From contig JBDSJB010000116.1 of assembly GCA_039917665.1 (NCBI GenBank), positions 1 to 56,621 on the forward strand: 56,621 bases of DNA, written 5' to 3'. The notes beneath the pieces were generated by a model, which did not search any database, was not told the DNA's origin, and saw nothing but the letters and a program-made list of their open reading frames with translations. The translations under genes and the position numbers were made by a program. This DNA is from Candidatus Binatia bacterium. GTDB lineage: Bacteria; Desulfobacterota; Binatia; UTPRO1. Below are positions 1 through 9,235 of this stretch, piece by piece. The stretch's first letter is position 1. Every line of letters begins with the position of its first letter.

Positions 1-359
1 TGATAGTCGCCGACATCGACCTGCAACCCCGTCTTCGGCTGCTGCCACGTGTAGGAGAAGCTGCTCTTGTCGGTGCTGCGCACGTTGCCGGAAAAACGCG
101 CGTACAGTGCGACGCCCTGCTCACAGGCGGTGATGCGGGCGCCGTTCTCGCGACTGGCGGTGCAGCCGCTCGCGGCATCTTCCTGCGACCCGGCGGCCTT
201 CTTGGCGAGGTCGACCCCTTCCTTGCAGGCGGCCCCCATTTCCGACTGCGAGCCGTATTCGACCTGACACTGCAGCTTGGCGTCGATCGTACCGTCCGCG
301 AATGCCGTGCTGACACCGAAGACGGTGACGAGACCCAGAGTGACGAGCGAGCGTTTCAT
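1..359 (-). CDS. secreted hypothetical protein (C-terminal end runs off the left window edge)
   Basis: Not in the ORF track because no stop lies in the window. Hand translation of the reverse strand from ATG (complement of 357-359) gives MKRSLVTLGLVTVFGVSTAFADGTIDAKLQCQVEYGSQSEMGAACKEGVDLAKK... It has a Sec-type signal peptide, and the complement of 361-370 reads AAGGAGGAAT (Shine-Dalgarno). Confidence 0.6.
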   Translation of the reverse strand, partial: MKRSLVTLGLVTVFGVSTAFADGTIDAKLQCQVEYGSQSEMGAACKEGVDLAKKAAGSQEDAASGCTASRENGARITACEQGVALYARFSGNVRSTDKSSFSYTWQQPKTGLQVDVGDY

Positions 360-427
360 GATTCCTCCTTGCACCCTACGAGGCCACGCTAGCGACCGAG
401 AACGGGGTACGCAAAGGGGGCTGGCCG

Positions 428-1183
428 CTAGCTCGCGGGCGACGGCAGCCGTCCTTGCACGAGAAATTCCGCTCGCGTGAAGAGGTGCGCGCCCCGCTCG
501 AAATAATCCCGCTTGCTGAGCTCGACGCGGTCGTGGGTCGCGACGCAATGCCAGCGCTCGATCCGCCGCGGCCGGCGTCCCGCGAATGCCCGCGGCACGA
601 AGACGGCGACGTTCGACCCGCGGTCCGCGTCACGTGCCGACTCGTAGCGCACGGCCTCGACGCCGGCGCCCCGCATGGTTGTGCCGAGCGCCTGGGTTGC
701 GGCGTAGCTGGTGCGTGACGCGAGCGCCCGGCGCCAACGCGCGAACGGCTCGCGGGTGAGGTCGACGCCTTTGGAAGTGCGGACGCGAATCGTGAAGGCC
801 GAGAGATCGGTCGCAAGCGGACCGAGATCGGCGCTGGTCCCCGCGAGGAACAGCAGTCGATAGTACGCGACCTCGGCGAACGTGGTCCGGAGGCTCTCCG
901 CGCCGTACCAGATGCCGGCCTCGTGGCGCCCGCCGAAACGCGAGCCGCGTGGCAGCGGGGGGTACCGAAACGGCGTGAACAGCAGATAGTGCAGCCGGCT
1001 GCCGTCCGTGAGTGGCGGCTTGTACCGCTCGAGGACGTCTTCCAAGATCGCCTGCTCCGCATCGCTGTCCACGAGCTTCCGCGTGGACACCTGATGCTGC
1101 GCCTCCACCGCGCGCCACGGCGTCGTGGCGAGCGGCCGGATCTCAGAGCTTCCCGCGCATTGCGTCCAGATAGTGGACGACAT
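428..1183 (-). CDS. RES-domain toxin (type II TA toxin, MbcT/ParT-like family)
   Basis: ORF 428..1294(-). The segment ...TPFRYPPLPRGSRFGGRHEAGIWYGAESLRTTFAEVAYYRLLF... fits the RES-domain pattern. Start set at ATG 1183 (MSSTIW...), overlapping the antitoxin stop by 41 nt. The longer Arg-rich N-terminus lies inside the antitoxin gene. Start uncertain. Confidence 0.8.
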   Translation of the reverse strand: MSSTIWTQCAGSSEIRPLATTPWRAVEAQHQVSTRKLVDSDAEQAILEDVLERYKPPLTDGSRLHYLLFTPFRYPPLPRGSRFGGRHEAGIWYGAESLRTTFAEVAYYRLLFLAGTSADLGPLATDLSAFTIRVRTSKGVDLTREPFARWRRALASRTSYAATQALGTTMRGAGVEAVRYESARDADRGSNVAVFVPRAFAGRRPRRIERWHCVATHDRVELSKRDYFERGAHLFTRAEFLVQGRLPSPAS

Positions 1184-1514
1184 CGACGAGTCCTTCGACC
1201 GATCGCACCCGCGCGGCGGGCACGCCTCCGAGATGCGCATTGTCGGCGTGGAACCAGCTCCGCGCCTTCGCTTCGTCACCCCCGACGAGCGCATCGAGGC
1301 TGCGGAACAGGCGGACGAACAGCGCGGCCAGCTCCCCTTCGCGGCTCCCGGGACGGACCGTCCGATCGCCGCTCAAGCGCGAGATCGACGCCGGGCTCGC
1401 GCCGAGAATGACGGCGAGGTCGCGATTGCGAACGTCGAGACGTTTCGCAGCCGCGCGCACCGCCTTGGTGAGGACGGCGGCTTGATCGCGAACCGGGGCG
1501 GCAAGCGCTGCCAT
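1143..1514 (-). CDS. Xre-family antitoxin with DUF2384-like toxin-binding domain (MbcA/ParS-like)
   Basis: ORF 1143..1535(-). It has the HTH-like segment VRNRDLAVILGASPASISRLSG and the C-terminal segment KARSWFHADNAHLGGVPAARVRSVEGLVDVVHYLDAMRG, typical of antitoxins paired with RES toxins. Start taken at ATG 1514 (MAALAAPV) rather than TTG 1535. Confidence 0.75.
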   Translation of the reverse strand: MAALAAPVRDQAAVLTKAVRAAAKRLDVRNRDLAVILGASPASISRLSGDRTVRPGSREGELAALFVRLFRSLDALVGGDEAKARSWFHADNAHLGGVPAARVRSVEGLVDVVHYLDAMRGKL

Positions 1515-1526
1515 CAAATGAAATAT

Positions 1527-1561
1527 AACCGACAAACTGTTTCATCTGCAATCCGTCGGTT
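1527..1561. promoter_or_regulatory. candidate operator/promoter of the Xre-RES operon
   Basis: Inverted repeat AACCGAC (1527-1533) N21 GTCGGTT (1555-1561) lies in the only AT-rich stretch just upstream of the antitoxin start. Function is inferred only. Confidence 0.3.
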
Positions 1562-1635
1562 CGCGGCGGGCCGCCCGACACTTCTCTTTCCGGCCCTCCT
1601 AGGATAGCAGAGCCCCTCCAAAGGAGGACCACTCG

Positions 1636-1890
1636 ATGCGATCCGTGACCATGACCGCCTTGTTGCTGCTGGCCCTGACCGCCACCGCCGCTCACGCGGC
1701 CGACGCCGCCAAGCCCAAGGCCAAAGCGAAGCCGGCGGAGATGAGCGCCGAGAAACGCCGTGACTTGGAGCGCCGAATCGAGGCGCTGGAGCGCAAGCAC
1801 GAGATGCAGTACCGCGAAACCGATTCCCCGAACGGCGCCCCTGGCGCCGCGCCTGCGGACGCGCCGGCGGCCAAGCCCGCCACGCACTGA
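1636..1890 (+). CDS. small secreted hypothetical protein (84 aa)
   Basis: ORF 1636..1890. AAAGGAGGA lies 7 nt upstream. Signal peptide MRSVTMTALLLLALTATAAHAADA is followed by a Lys/Ala/Pro-rich and coiled-coil-like segment. A strong terminator follows directly. Confidence 0.6.
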   Translation: MRSVTMTALLLLALTATAAHAADAAKPKAKAKPAEMSAEKRRDLERRIEALERKHEMQYRETDSPNGAPGAAPADAPAAKPATH

Positions 1891-1896
1891 CGAAAC

Positions 1897-1930
1897 ACGG
1901 CGCGCCCTTCGATGGGCGCGCCGTTTTCTC
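1897..1930 (+). terminator. Rho-independent terminator
   Basis: Perfect 11-bp stem ACGGCGCGCCC (1897-1907) / GGGCGCGCCGT (1914-1924), loop TTCGAT, then TTTCTC. Confidence 0.7.
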
Positions 1931-1939
1931 GTGTCGACG

Positions 1940-3103
1940 ATGACGGCGAGTCCGGAGGCGCCGTTCGGCTGTGCCCACTTTCCCGACTGTCCGGGGTGTC
2001 CGTGGGTCGGCCGTCCGTATGCCGATCAGCTGAACGAGAAGCACGCGCGCGTCGCCGCAGCGTTGCAGGCCGCCCTTCCCCCCGAGGGGTGTCCCGTCGT
2101 CGACCCCGTGACGGCGGCACCGGCGCAGACGGGGTATCGCGTGCAGAGCAAGCTCATGGTCGGCGTGTCGCGTGCCGGTCCGGTGCTCGGGTTGTACGCC
2201 CCGGGTAGCCATCGCGTCCTCGACGTCAGTCGATGCCCGCTCCACGACCCACTGCTGCAACGCGCGATCCCCGCGGTGCGCGACGCGTTGTCCGACGAGC
2301 ACGTGCCGATCCACGTCCGCGGCCGCACCGGCGTCCGCTATGTGCTGCTCCGCGCGAGCGTCGCCGAAGAGCGGGTCCTGGTGACGCTCGTGACCTCGCG
2401 CGTGCCGCTACCGACGGCAGCGCCGCTCGCCGACCGTTTGCGGACGACCGTTCCGCTGGCCGGCTTGCTGCTGAACGAGAATACGACCACCGGCAACGTC
2501 ATCGTCGGTGCGCGTATCGAGCGCATCTGGGGAGAGCCCGAGCTGCGTGAACGCTACGGGGCGGTGACGCTGGCCGCGGGTCCGACCGCGTTCGTGCAAG
2601 CCAACACGCGCATGGCCGCCCACATCTACGCGACGATCGCCGCCGAGGCCGACCGCGCCGCGCACGCGCGAGTCCTCGATCTCTATTGCGGCATCGGCGG
2701 CATCGCGCTGACGCTCGCCTCGCCGACGACGTCGGTGATCGGCATCGAAGAGGTCCCCGCCGCCGTCGCCGCGGCCGAGGCCAACGCCACACGCGCGGGG
2801 CTGACGCAGGCGCGCTTCGTCGCGGGGCGCGTCGAAGACCGCCTTGCGGACATTCAGGGCGACGTCGATCTCGTCACCCTGAATCCCCCACGCAAGGGCT
2901 GCGGGGAGGTCGTCGTGCAACGCCTGACACAGCTCGCTCCGCCGCGCCTCCTCTACTTGTCCTGCAACCCCACGTCGTTTGCCCGCGACGCCGCCAATCT
3001 CGTCGCGGGCGGCTTCGTCCTCGAGCGCGTCCAGCCGTTCGACCTCCTGCCGCAAACCGATCACGTCGAGCTCCTGGGAGTCTTTCGGCACGCCAACCTA
3101 TAG
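1940..3103 (+). CDS. class I SAM-dependent RNA (uracil-5-)-methyltransferase, RumA/TrmA family
   Basis: Part of ORF 1760..3103. Start moved to ATG 1940 (MTASPEAPFGCAHFPDCPGCPW...), because the upstream part overlaps the small ORF and its terminator. It has an N-terminal Cys cluster, the SAM motif DLYCGIGGIAL, and the catalytic-Cys motif LYLSCNPTSFARD. Confidence 0.85.
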   Translation: MTASPEAPFGCAHFPDCPGCPWVGRPYADQLNEKHARVAAALQAALPPEGCPVVDPVTAAPAQTGYRVQSKLMVGVSRAGPVLGLYAPGSHRVLDVSRCPLHDPLLQRAIPAVRDALSDEHVPIHVRGRTGVRYVLLRASVAEERVLVTLVTSRVPLPTAAPLADRLRTTVPLAGLLLNENTTTGNVIVGARIERIWGEPELRERYGAVTLAAGPTAFVQANTRMAAHIYATIAAEADRAAHARVLDLYCGIGGIALTLASPTTSVIGIEEVPAAVAAAEANATRAGLTQARFVAGRVEDRLADIQGDVDLVTLNPPRKGCGEVVVQRLTQLAPPRLLYLSCNPTSFARDAANLVAGGFVLERVQPFDLLPQTDHVELLGVFRHANL

Positions 3104-3138
3104 CTCCGCTACAGTCAAACATGGCTGAGTTTCAATGA

Positions 3139-3168
3139 GTTACACACCCATTGCCTCACTAATGTAAC
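3139..3168. promoter_or_regulatory. candidate TetR operator
   Basis: GTTACA (3139-3144) N18 TGTAAC (3163-3168) lies in a low-GC spacer 18 nt upstream of the TetR start. The arms are short, so this is weak. Confidence 0.25.
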
Positions 3169-3185
3169 GCCGCTATAGCCGAGGC

Positions 3186-3812
3186 GTGCCCGCGAAAGTC
3201 ACCGTGCTCCGCTCCCGCGAGGTCGAATCGGAAGCGACCCGGCGCGCCATCCTCGACGCCGCCGAGCACCTGCTCGCGACCGTCGGCGAAGCTGGGCTCT
3301 CCATCCGCGAAGTCTGTGCCCGCGCGGGCGTGACCGCGCCGACCATCTACCACCACTTCGGCGACAAGGCGGCGCTGATCGCCCGCGTCGTCGACGATTG
3401 CTTCGCCGCCTTCGAGCGCGCGTTCGCGCATCGCACGGCGCCCCATGATCCGGTCGAAGCGCTGCGCTGGGCCTTCGACCGCTACGTCGAGTACGGCCTC
3501 CGCCACCGCATTCACTACCGACTGATGTTCGGCACGCGCCACGCTCGGCCCTCGACCCCGGGTCTCGCGTCGTACGACAACCTGCGCCGCCGCGTCATGG
3601 CGATCGCCGACGCCGGACGCCTGCGCGCTCCGCTCGAAGACGCGACGGCCGCCTTCTGGGCCTCGGTCCACGGCGTCACGTCGCTCCTCATCAGCGAGTT
3701 CTGGTCCCCCGAGAATCCCGCGATCGCGCTCGTGCGCGACGCCATGATCGATCAACTCACCATCCCGAGGCTCGCGAAGCCCCGGCGCACGAAAGGAACG
3801 TCCCATGAGTGA
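3186..3812 (+). CDS. TetR/AcrR family transcriptional regulator
   Basis: GTG start. The N-terminal HTH is RRAILDAAEHLLATVGEAGLSIREVCARAGVTAPTIYHHFGDKAALI. It overlaps the next gene by 8 nt. Confidence 0.9.
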   Translation: MPAKVTVLRSREVESEATRRAILDAAEHLLATVGEAGLSIREVCARAGVTAPTIYHHFGDKAALIARVVDDCFAAFERAFAHRTAPHDPVEALRWAFDRYVEYGLRHRIHYRLMFGTRHARPSTPGLASYDNLRRRVMAIADAGRLRAPLEDATAAFWASVHGVTSLLISEFWSPENPAIALVRDAMIDQLTIPRLAKPRRTKGTSHE

Positions 3813-5205
3813 GCGTGAATCCGAAGTGAACCCGTTTCTGCGCGGCAATTTCGCGCCGTGGCGCGAGGAGGGAGTTACTGACGGCCTGGAGGTGATCGGC
3901 GAGATCCCGCGCGACCTGAATGGGAGTTTTTTTCGAGCCGGTCCCAACCCCGCGTTCGAGCCCGCAGGGCGCTATCATTGGTTCGACGGCGACGGCATGG
4001 TCCACGCCATCACGCTCGAGGACGGCAAGGCGTCGTATCGGAACCGCTGGGTCGAGAGCGACGGCCTGAAAGAAGAGCGGAAGTCCGGCAAGGCACTCTA
4101 CCGCGGCATCATCAGTATGTCGGGCACCGAAGCGCCGTCGATCAAGGTGACCGGCAACACCAACATCGTCTCGCACGCCGGGAAGCTCATGGCCCTGGTC
4201 GAGTCGTCGCTGCCGACGGAGATGGTGCCGAGCACGCTCGCGACCGTCGGGCTCTACGATTTCGGTGGCAAGCTCGGGAGCGCCATGACCGCGCACCCGA
4301 AGATGGATCCCGAAACCGGCGAGATGCTGTTCTTCGGCTACGCCCCGTTCCCGCCGTTCCTGACCTACCACGTGGTCGACAAGCAAGGCGTGCTGACGCG
4401 CTCCGAGGTCATCGACGTCGAGTGGCCGTCGATGATGCACGACTTCGCGATCACCAAAGACTACGTGATCTTCATGCTCTGCCCGGTGGTGTTCTCGTTC
4501 GAAGGCCTCACCAATGGCGGCAGCTTGTTCTCCTGGGAGCCGGAGCGCGGCGCGAAGCTCGGCGTCATGCCGCGGAACGGCGGCAACGCCGACGTCCGCT
4601 GGTTCGACATCGACCCTTGTTACGTCTTCCATCCCATGAACGCGTATGCCGAGAACGGGATCATCACGCTCGACGTCGCACGCTACGAGCAGCTGCTGTT
4701 CATGGATCAGACGTCGGCGCGGAATCCCGGCTGGCGTGACAAGAACGTCGCGCGCCTGCACCGCTGGACGATCGATCTCGCCAAGGGCACCGTCCGCTCG
4801 ACGCCGCTCGACGACGGGGACGGCGAGTTCCCGCGCGTCGACGAGCGCTTGCTCGGACGGAAGCACCGCTACGGCTACATGGCGCTCACCGGATCCGAAG
4901 GGAACGAGTCGGGCATCCCGGTCTGGACGTCGATCCGCAAGTTCGACCTCGAAAGCGGCACCACGGAAACACGCCACTTCGGGGCCGGCAACGGGGTCGG
5001 TGAGCCGCTCTTCGTGCATCGGAACGCCAATGCCGCCGAGGATGACGGGTACGTCCTCGTGCTCAACTACAATCAGGCGCGCGACGCGAGCGCGTTCTTC
5101 ATCCTCGACGCTCGCAATCTGACCGGCGAGCCACTGGCCGAGATTCGCGTCCCGCACCGGGTGCCGTACGGTTTCCACGGCAACTGGGTCCCGGCAGCGA
5201 GCTGA
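3805..5205 (+). CDS. carotenoid oxygenase family protein (carotenoid/apocarotenoid or stilbene cleavage dioxygenase)
   Basis: 466 aa. NPFLRGNFAPWREEG...GEIPRDLNGSFFRAGPNP...YHWFDGDGMVHAITLEDGKASYRNRWV is the typical N-terminal signature of the RPE65/CCD family. Confidence 0.9.
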   Translation: MSERESEVNPFLRGNFAPWREEGVTDGLEVIGEIPRDLNGSFFRAGPNPAFEPAGRYHWFDGDGMVHAITLEDGKASYRNRWVESDGLKEERKSGKALYRGIISMSGTEAPSIKVTGNTNIVSHAGKLMALVESSLPTEMVPSTLATVGLYDFGGKLGSAMTAHPKMDPETGEMLFFGYAPFPPFLTYHVVDKQGVLTRSEVIDVEWPSMMHDFAITKDYVIFMLCPVVFSFEGLTNGGSLFSWEPERGAKLGVMPRNGGNADVRWFDIDPCYVFHPMNAYAENGIITLDVARYEQLLFMDQTSARNPGWRDKNVARLHRWTIDLAKGTVRSTPLDDGDGEFPRVDERLLGRKHRYGYMALTGSEGNESGIPVWTSIRKFDLESGTTETRHFGAGNGVGEPLFVHRNANAAEDDGYVLVLNYNQARDASAFFILDARNLTGEPLAEIRVPHRVPYGFHGNWVPAAS

Positions 5206-5218
5206 GCCGTCTATCGTC

Positions 5219-5599
5219 TCACGGGGCGCGACGCGTGCGAACGCGTCGTGCCTCGGGGCGGGCTCGCCCGCGCCGCCCCCACTGCTCCGCCCAGCGATGG
5301 AGGGGCAACAAGACCGCCCCGAGCGCCTGACCGTCCGTCGTCAGTACGTACCCGCCGACGGCTTGCAGCTCGACGACGCCGGCCTCACGAAGCTCGCGCA
5401 AGCGCTCGTTCAGCACCGTCGGTGAGACGGCATCGCAGCGCTCCTGGAGCGCGCGAAATGCCAACGCCCCGTCGCGGAGCTCCCACAAGACGCGCAGCGC
5501 CCATCGCCGCCCGAGCCAGTCGAGCACCGCCATGATCGGACGAGTCGGGCGACTCGGCCGTGAGGCGCGGACCGTGCGCGGCGTGCGGGTCGCGCTCAT
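5219..5599 (-). CDS. HxlR family winged-helix transcriptional regulator
   Basis: ORF 5219..5620(-). LGRRWALRVLWELRDGALAFRALQERCDAVSPTVLNERLRELREAGVVE fits HxlR. Start is ambiguous: ATG 5599, or ATG 5533 (MAVLDWLG). Confidence 0.8.
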   Translation of the reverse strand: MSATRTPRTVRASRPSRPTRPIMAVLDWLGRRWALRVLWELRDGALAFRALQERCDAVSPTVLNERLRELREAGVVELQAVGGYVLTTDGQALGAVLLPLHRWAEQWGRRGRARPEARRVRTRRAP

Positions 5600-5634
5600 G
5601 CCGTTCCTTGTGCTACCCACGGGAGAGTCATATC

Positions 5635-5651
5635 GCTACGGAATCCGTAGC
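5635..5651. promoter_or_regulatory. 17-bp palindrome, candidate HxlR operator
   Basis: GCTACGG-AAT-CCGTAGC is perfect (7-bp arms). It sits in the divergent spacer between the HxlR gene and the CMD-family gene. Confidence 0.35.
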
Positions 5652-5700
5652 ACGGGTCGTCGCCCTGATGCCACGGCCCGTCACGCAATAGGAGGCGTCG

Positions 5701-6267
5701 ATGACCACCCCCCGCATCGTTCCGGTCGAACCCCCTTTCGACCCCGAGGTCGCCGAGGAGCTCGCCCGCTGGATGCCAAAGGGTTCTCCGCTTCCCCCGC
5801 TCGCGCTCTTCCGAACCTTGGCGCAGCACCTGCCGCTCGCACAGGCGATGCTACCGCTCGGCAAGTTTCTCCTCGGCCGCGACGCCACCATCGGTGTGCG
5901 TGAGCGCGAGATCGTCATCCAACGCGTCTGCGCGCGTCTCGGCTGCGAGTACGAGTGGGGCGTCCACGCGATCGCGTTCGGCGCGGCCGCCGGGGTCGAC
6001 GAGAAGACGATGAAGGCGACCGTGCTCGCCCGGCCCGATGACAAGGTCTGGCGTGGCACCGACGGCCTCCTGGTCCGGCTCGTCGACGAGCTGCACTACG
6101 GCGCCTGCGTCTCCGACGCGCTCTGGACCGAGCTCTCCGCGCACTTCACAGCACCGCAGCTGCTCGAGATCCTCGTCCTCGCGGGCTGGTACCACGTGAT
6201 CGCCTTCGTCGCGAATGGCGCCGGCGTCGAGCGCGAGAGCTGGGCGCAGCGCTTCCCGCCGTTGTAG
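5701..6267 (+). CDS. carboxymuconolactone decarboxylase (AhpD-like) family protein
   Basis: AGGAGG lies 7 nt upstream of the ATG. REREIVIQRVCARLGCEYEWGVHAIAF... resembles the CMD/AhpD-like fold. It is divergent from an HxlR regulator, a common pairing. Confidence 0.8.
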   Translation: MTTPRIVPVEPPFDPEVAEELARWMPKGSPLPPLALFRTLAQHLPLAQAMLPLGKFLLGRDATIGVREREIVIQRVCARLGCEYEWGVHAIAFGAAAGVDEKTMKATVLARPDDKVWRGTDGLLVRLVDELHYGACVSDALWTELSAHFTAPQLLEILVLAGWYHVIAFVANGAGVERESWAQRFPPL

Positions 6268-6270
6268 ATG

Positions 6271-6315
6271 AGGGGGATTCTCTCCCCTTTCTCCACGCGG
6301 CGAAGCCGCGCGGAG
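6271..6315 (+). terminator. two consecutive hairpins after the CMD-family gene
   Basis: AGGGGGA-TTC-TCTCCCCT followed by TTT (6271-6290). Then CTCCACGCGGC-GAA-GCCGCGCGGAG (6291-6315, 11-bp stem with one mismatch). Confidence 0.45.
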
Positions 6316-6492
6316 GCCTCTTCCCCGGCTCGCTTCGCTCGGCCGCGCGCGTCGCGCGCGGAGGTCACGTCGAAGTGTCGTCGATGCACTTTCGTAGCGC
6401 ATGCTGCCTGGACATAGCGCGTAGCGCGGTTTACGACCTCGGGCGCTCGTTGCCGCGTCGCGAGCGATCCCACCGCACAAGGAGACTTGCCC

Positions 6493-7518
6493 ATGCGACT
6501 CGGCATCACGATCGGATACTCCGGATCGAAGATGGCTCTCGACATGCCGCTCATCGAGGAGGCCGACCGACTCGGCTTCTACTCGGTGTGGTCGGCGGAA
6601 GCCTACGGCTCTGACGCGGTGACGCCGCTCGCGTGGATCGCCGCGCGCACGAAGCAGATCCACGTCGCCACCGGCATCATGCAGATGCCTGCGCGCACGC
6701 CCGCGATGACCGCCATGACCGCGACGACGCTCGATCAGCTCTCGGGAGGGCGCTTTCTCCTCGGGCTCGGAGTCTCGGGCCCGCAGGTCGTCGAAGGCTG
6801 GCACGGGGAGCGCTACGGTAAGCCGCTCGTGAAGACCCGCGAGTACATCGAAATCGTCCGCAAGATCTGGGCGCGCGAGGCTCCCGTCGAGCACCAGGGC
6901 GAGCACTACCAGATTCCGTACAACGGTCCGGGCGCGACCGGTCTCGGGAAGCCGCTGAAGAGCATCCTCCACGGCCGACAGATCCCCGTCTACATCGCCG
7001 CGATCGGACCGAAGAGCGTCGCGCAGGCCGCCGAGATCGCCGACGGCTGGCTGCCGATCTGGTATTCGCCCCATCGCACGCACGTCTTCAAAGGCGCGCT
7101 CGAAGCGGGATTCGCCCGCGCGGGTGGCGGCAAATCGCTCGCCACCTTCGACATCGCGGCGTCGGTGAACGTCGTGGTCGGGAACGACGTGCAGAAGTGC
7201 CTCGGCCACATCAAGCCGGGCCTCGCGCTCTACATTGGCGGCATGGGCGCGCGCGGCAAAAATTTCTACAACGACCTGGCGTGCCGCTACGGCTTCGAGG
7301 AAGCGGCGAAGAAAATTCAGGACCTCTATCTGAGCGGGAAGAAGGAAGAGGCTGCGGCGGCCGTGCCCGATCAGCTCGCCGACGAGGTCGCGCTGGTCGG
7401 ACCGCCTGAGCGCATCCGCGAACGCCTGGCGGCCTGGCGCGAATCGGGCGTGACGACCGTGGTCTGTGGTACCCGCCAGATCGACGCGCTGCGCATCGTC
7501 GCCGAAGCGGCCGCATGA
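6493..7518 (+). CDS. luciferase-like monooxygenase (LLM) family oxidoreductase, probably the F420-dependent class
   Basis: Start at ATG 6493 ([11 protein letters not shown]...), with AAGGAGA upstream. ...[49 protein letters not shown]...[20 protein letters not shown]. Confidence 0.85.
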   Translation: MRLGITIGYSGSKMALDMPLIEEADRLGFYSVWSAEAYGSDAVTPLAWIAARTKQIHVATGIMQMPARTPAMTAMTATTLDQLSGGRFLLGLGVSGPQVVEGWHGERYGKPLVKTREYIEIVRKIWAREAPVEHQGEHYQIPYNGPGATGLGKPLKSILHGRQIPVYIAAIGPKSVAQAAEIADGWLPIWYSPHRTHVFKGALEAGFARAGGGKSLATFDIAASVNVVVGNDVQKCLGHIKPGLALYIGGMGARGKNFYNDLACRYGFEEAAKKIQDLYLSGKKEEAAAAVPDQLADEVALVGPPERIRERLAAWRESGVTTVVCGTRQIDALRIVAEAAA

Positions 7519-7991
7519 CCGCGCGCTGGCCGGACGAAGCGCGTCCGGAAGTTTCCCCGGTCTACTCGCGCACCGAGATCGCCGTCGCAGCGCCGACCGC
7601 CGCGGTGTTCGCGTGGCTGACGGACGCCGAGCGCTGGCCGGAGTGGTACGAGCAGTGCGGCCGGGTGCGGATCCTCTCGGGTCCGGCGCCCGCGCTCGGG
7701 ATCGGCTCGGAATTTCGTTGGACGGTGCTGAACGTCCCCGTCACGACGACCGTCGTCGAATGCGATCCACCTTTCCGACTGGCGTGGAGCGGCACGGGTC
7801 TCGGCGCCGCGGGCTACCATTCTTGGGACCTCGAGCCGACGGCCCAGGGTTGCCACGTGATCACCGAGGAAACCCAGCGCGGCGTGATCCCGTCACTGGC
7901 ACGCGTCGCCCTGCGTCCGCTCTTGCGGTTCACGCAGGAGCGTTGGCTCGCGGCGCTTGCCCGCGTCGCCACCGCACAGCCCGCGCGCTGA
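7515..7991 (+). CDS. SRPBCC (START/polyketide cyclase-like) family protein
   Basis: ATGA overlap with the LLM gene. [33 protein letters not shown]... is the typical SRPBCC N-terminus. Confidence 0.8.
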   Translation: MTARWPDEARPEVSPVYSRTEIAVAAPTAAVFAWLTDAERWPEWYEQCGRVRILSGPAPALGIGSEFRWTVLNVPVTTTVVECDPPFRLAWSGTGLGAAGYHSWDLEPTAQGCHVITEETQRGVIPSLARVALRPLLRFTQERWLAALARVATAQPAR

Positions 7992-8169
7992 GAGATCGGC
8001 AGCGCGCTTCCGGCGAGTTCTGTTCCGAGCGGTTTTGCGACAGCGTGACTTTTTCGTTGACACCTCCGACCCGGCACACGTAGAAGCCGCCAGCGCGCCC
8101 TCCTCGAAGCCCCCACCCTGCGACGGGCCGGCGCGTGCACCGTCGCCCAACGTTGTGCTGGAGGAGCTG

Positions 8170-9186
8170 ATGCGGAGCATCCGACATCCCCGGACCATCG
8201 CCATGACCGTCTGCGCGCTCGTGCTGGCGTGGAGCGCGATCGCGAGCGCCCAGCCGTGCATGATCTTCGTCCACGGCAAGCAAACGGACACCAACACGTA
8301 CACCAACTGGAACTCGGCGCGGAACTACTGGACGAACGGCACCAACGACTTCGTGAAGACCGCGACCAAGAACTTCGCGACCTCGTATTACGTGGTCGGC
8401 TACAACGGCACCCGTCCCTACTACGAATCGCAATCGGCCGGTGAGGTCGCCAACGAGATCGTGAACGCGACCAACGGCGGCGCCGACGGCGGCGGCAATC
8501 GCTGCGCTCGGACCTACGCGCAGGGCGGCACCTTCTGGGTGATTGCCCACAGCATGGGCGGCACCGTCATGGACTTCATTCTCGGCAACAACGACGCGAC
8601 CGACCCCAACTTCAATTTCACCGGTCCCTTCGATCAGGTCGCGCAGCGAATCAGCCTCGCCGTCACGGCGGGGGGCGCGCATCGCGGCTCGCAGGGCGCC
8701 GATGCCGTGTGTGGCGGTGGCAACATCTTTTGCAACTTCATCGCCGGTTTCATTCAGAGCTGTGACGACGCGACCTATTGGCTCCGGAGCGCCGATGCCG
8801 TCCAGGTACGGACCGTCTCGAACGCCCCCGCCCGCAACATCAATCTGACGGGTGGCTACGAAGCGATCTTCGGCGCCAGCGCGTGCCTCAGCGGCGAGGA
8901 CGACGGCATCGTGCAGTACGCGTCGATCTACGCGTGCAACGGCAGCGCCACAGCGAGCTACGACAACTCGAACGCCTGCTCGAACTCCGCGAAGCAGGAA
9001 TCGTCGGGCTTCTTCAATCTGGATGCAGCCCACGAGAATCACTCCGACGAGCGGGACAATAGCGACTCCGACGTCCGGCGGGCGATCCCGACTGGCATCT
9101 GGACCTGCAGCGGCTCGCCGTGCGCCCCCAACACGCAGGTCCAGTCGTCGATGACGACGGGCCGCTTCATCAGCATCCTCTACTGA
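8170..9186 (+). CDS. secreted alpha/beta-hydrolase, class-2-lipase-like (GxSxG = AHSMGG)
   Basis: Part of ORF 7957..9186. Start at ATG 8170, with GGAGGAG upstream. Signal peptide is MRSIRHPRTIAMTVCALVLAWSAIASAQP. Motifs are IFVHGKQ, VIAHSMGGT, GEDDGIV and AAHENH (putative Ser-Asp-His triad). It has many Cys and Asn/Thr/Tyr, and G+C is visibly lower than in the neighbours. Confidence 0.8.
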   Translation: MRSIRHPRTIAMTVCALVLAWSAIASAQPCMIFVHGKQTDTNTYTNWNSARNYWTNGTNDFVKTATKNFATSYYVVGYNGTRPYYESQSAGEVANEIVNATNGGADGGGNRCARTYAQGGTFWVIAHSMGGTVMDFILGNNDATDPNFNFTGPFDQVAQRISLAVTAGGAHRGSQGADAVCGGGNIFCNFIAGFIQSCDDATYWLRSADAVQVRTVSNAPARNINLTGGYEAIFGASACLSGEDDGIVQYASIYACNGSATASYDNSNACSNSAKQESSGFFNLDAAHENHSDERDNSDSDVRRAIPTGIWTCSGSPCAPNTQVQSSMTTGRFISILY

Positions 9187-9235
9187 GCTAATTCCTTGCG
9201 CGGGGTGGTCGGCACACGCCGGCCACCCCGCGTCC

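Noticed and set aside
1760-1939. Long N-terminal extensions are offered by the ORF track. They affect 1760 for the methyltransferase, 7957 for the lipase, 12220..13308, 13011..14255, 14920 for DUF4394, 26860, 27044 for the HExxH protein, 36023 for dksA, 36472..37989, and 41806..43554.
   Set aside because: The extensions are Arg/Pro-rich. They run through upstream genes or terminators. Internal ATGs are preceded by good Shine-Dalgarno sequences, or give proper signal peptides or canonical N-termini.
8071-8088. A sigma-54-like GGCAC...GC lies upstream of the lipase gene (cGGCACacgtagaaGCc).
   Set aside because: The GG-to-GC spacing is one nucleotide too long, and the -12 region lacks TTGC.
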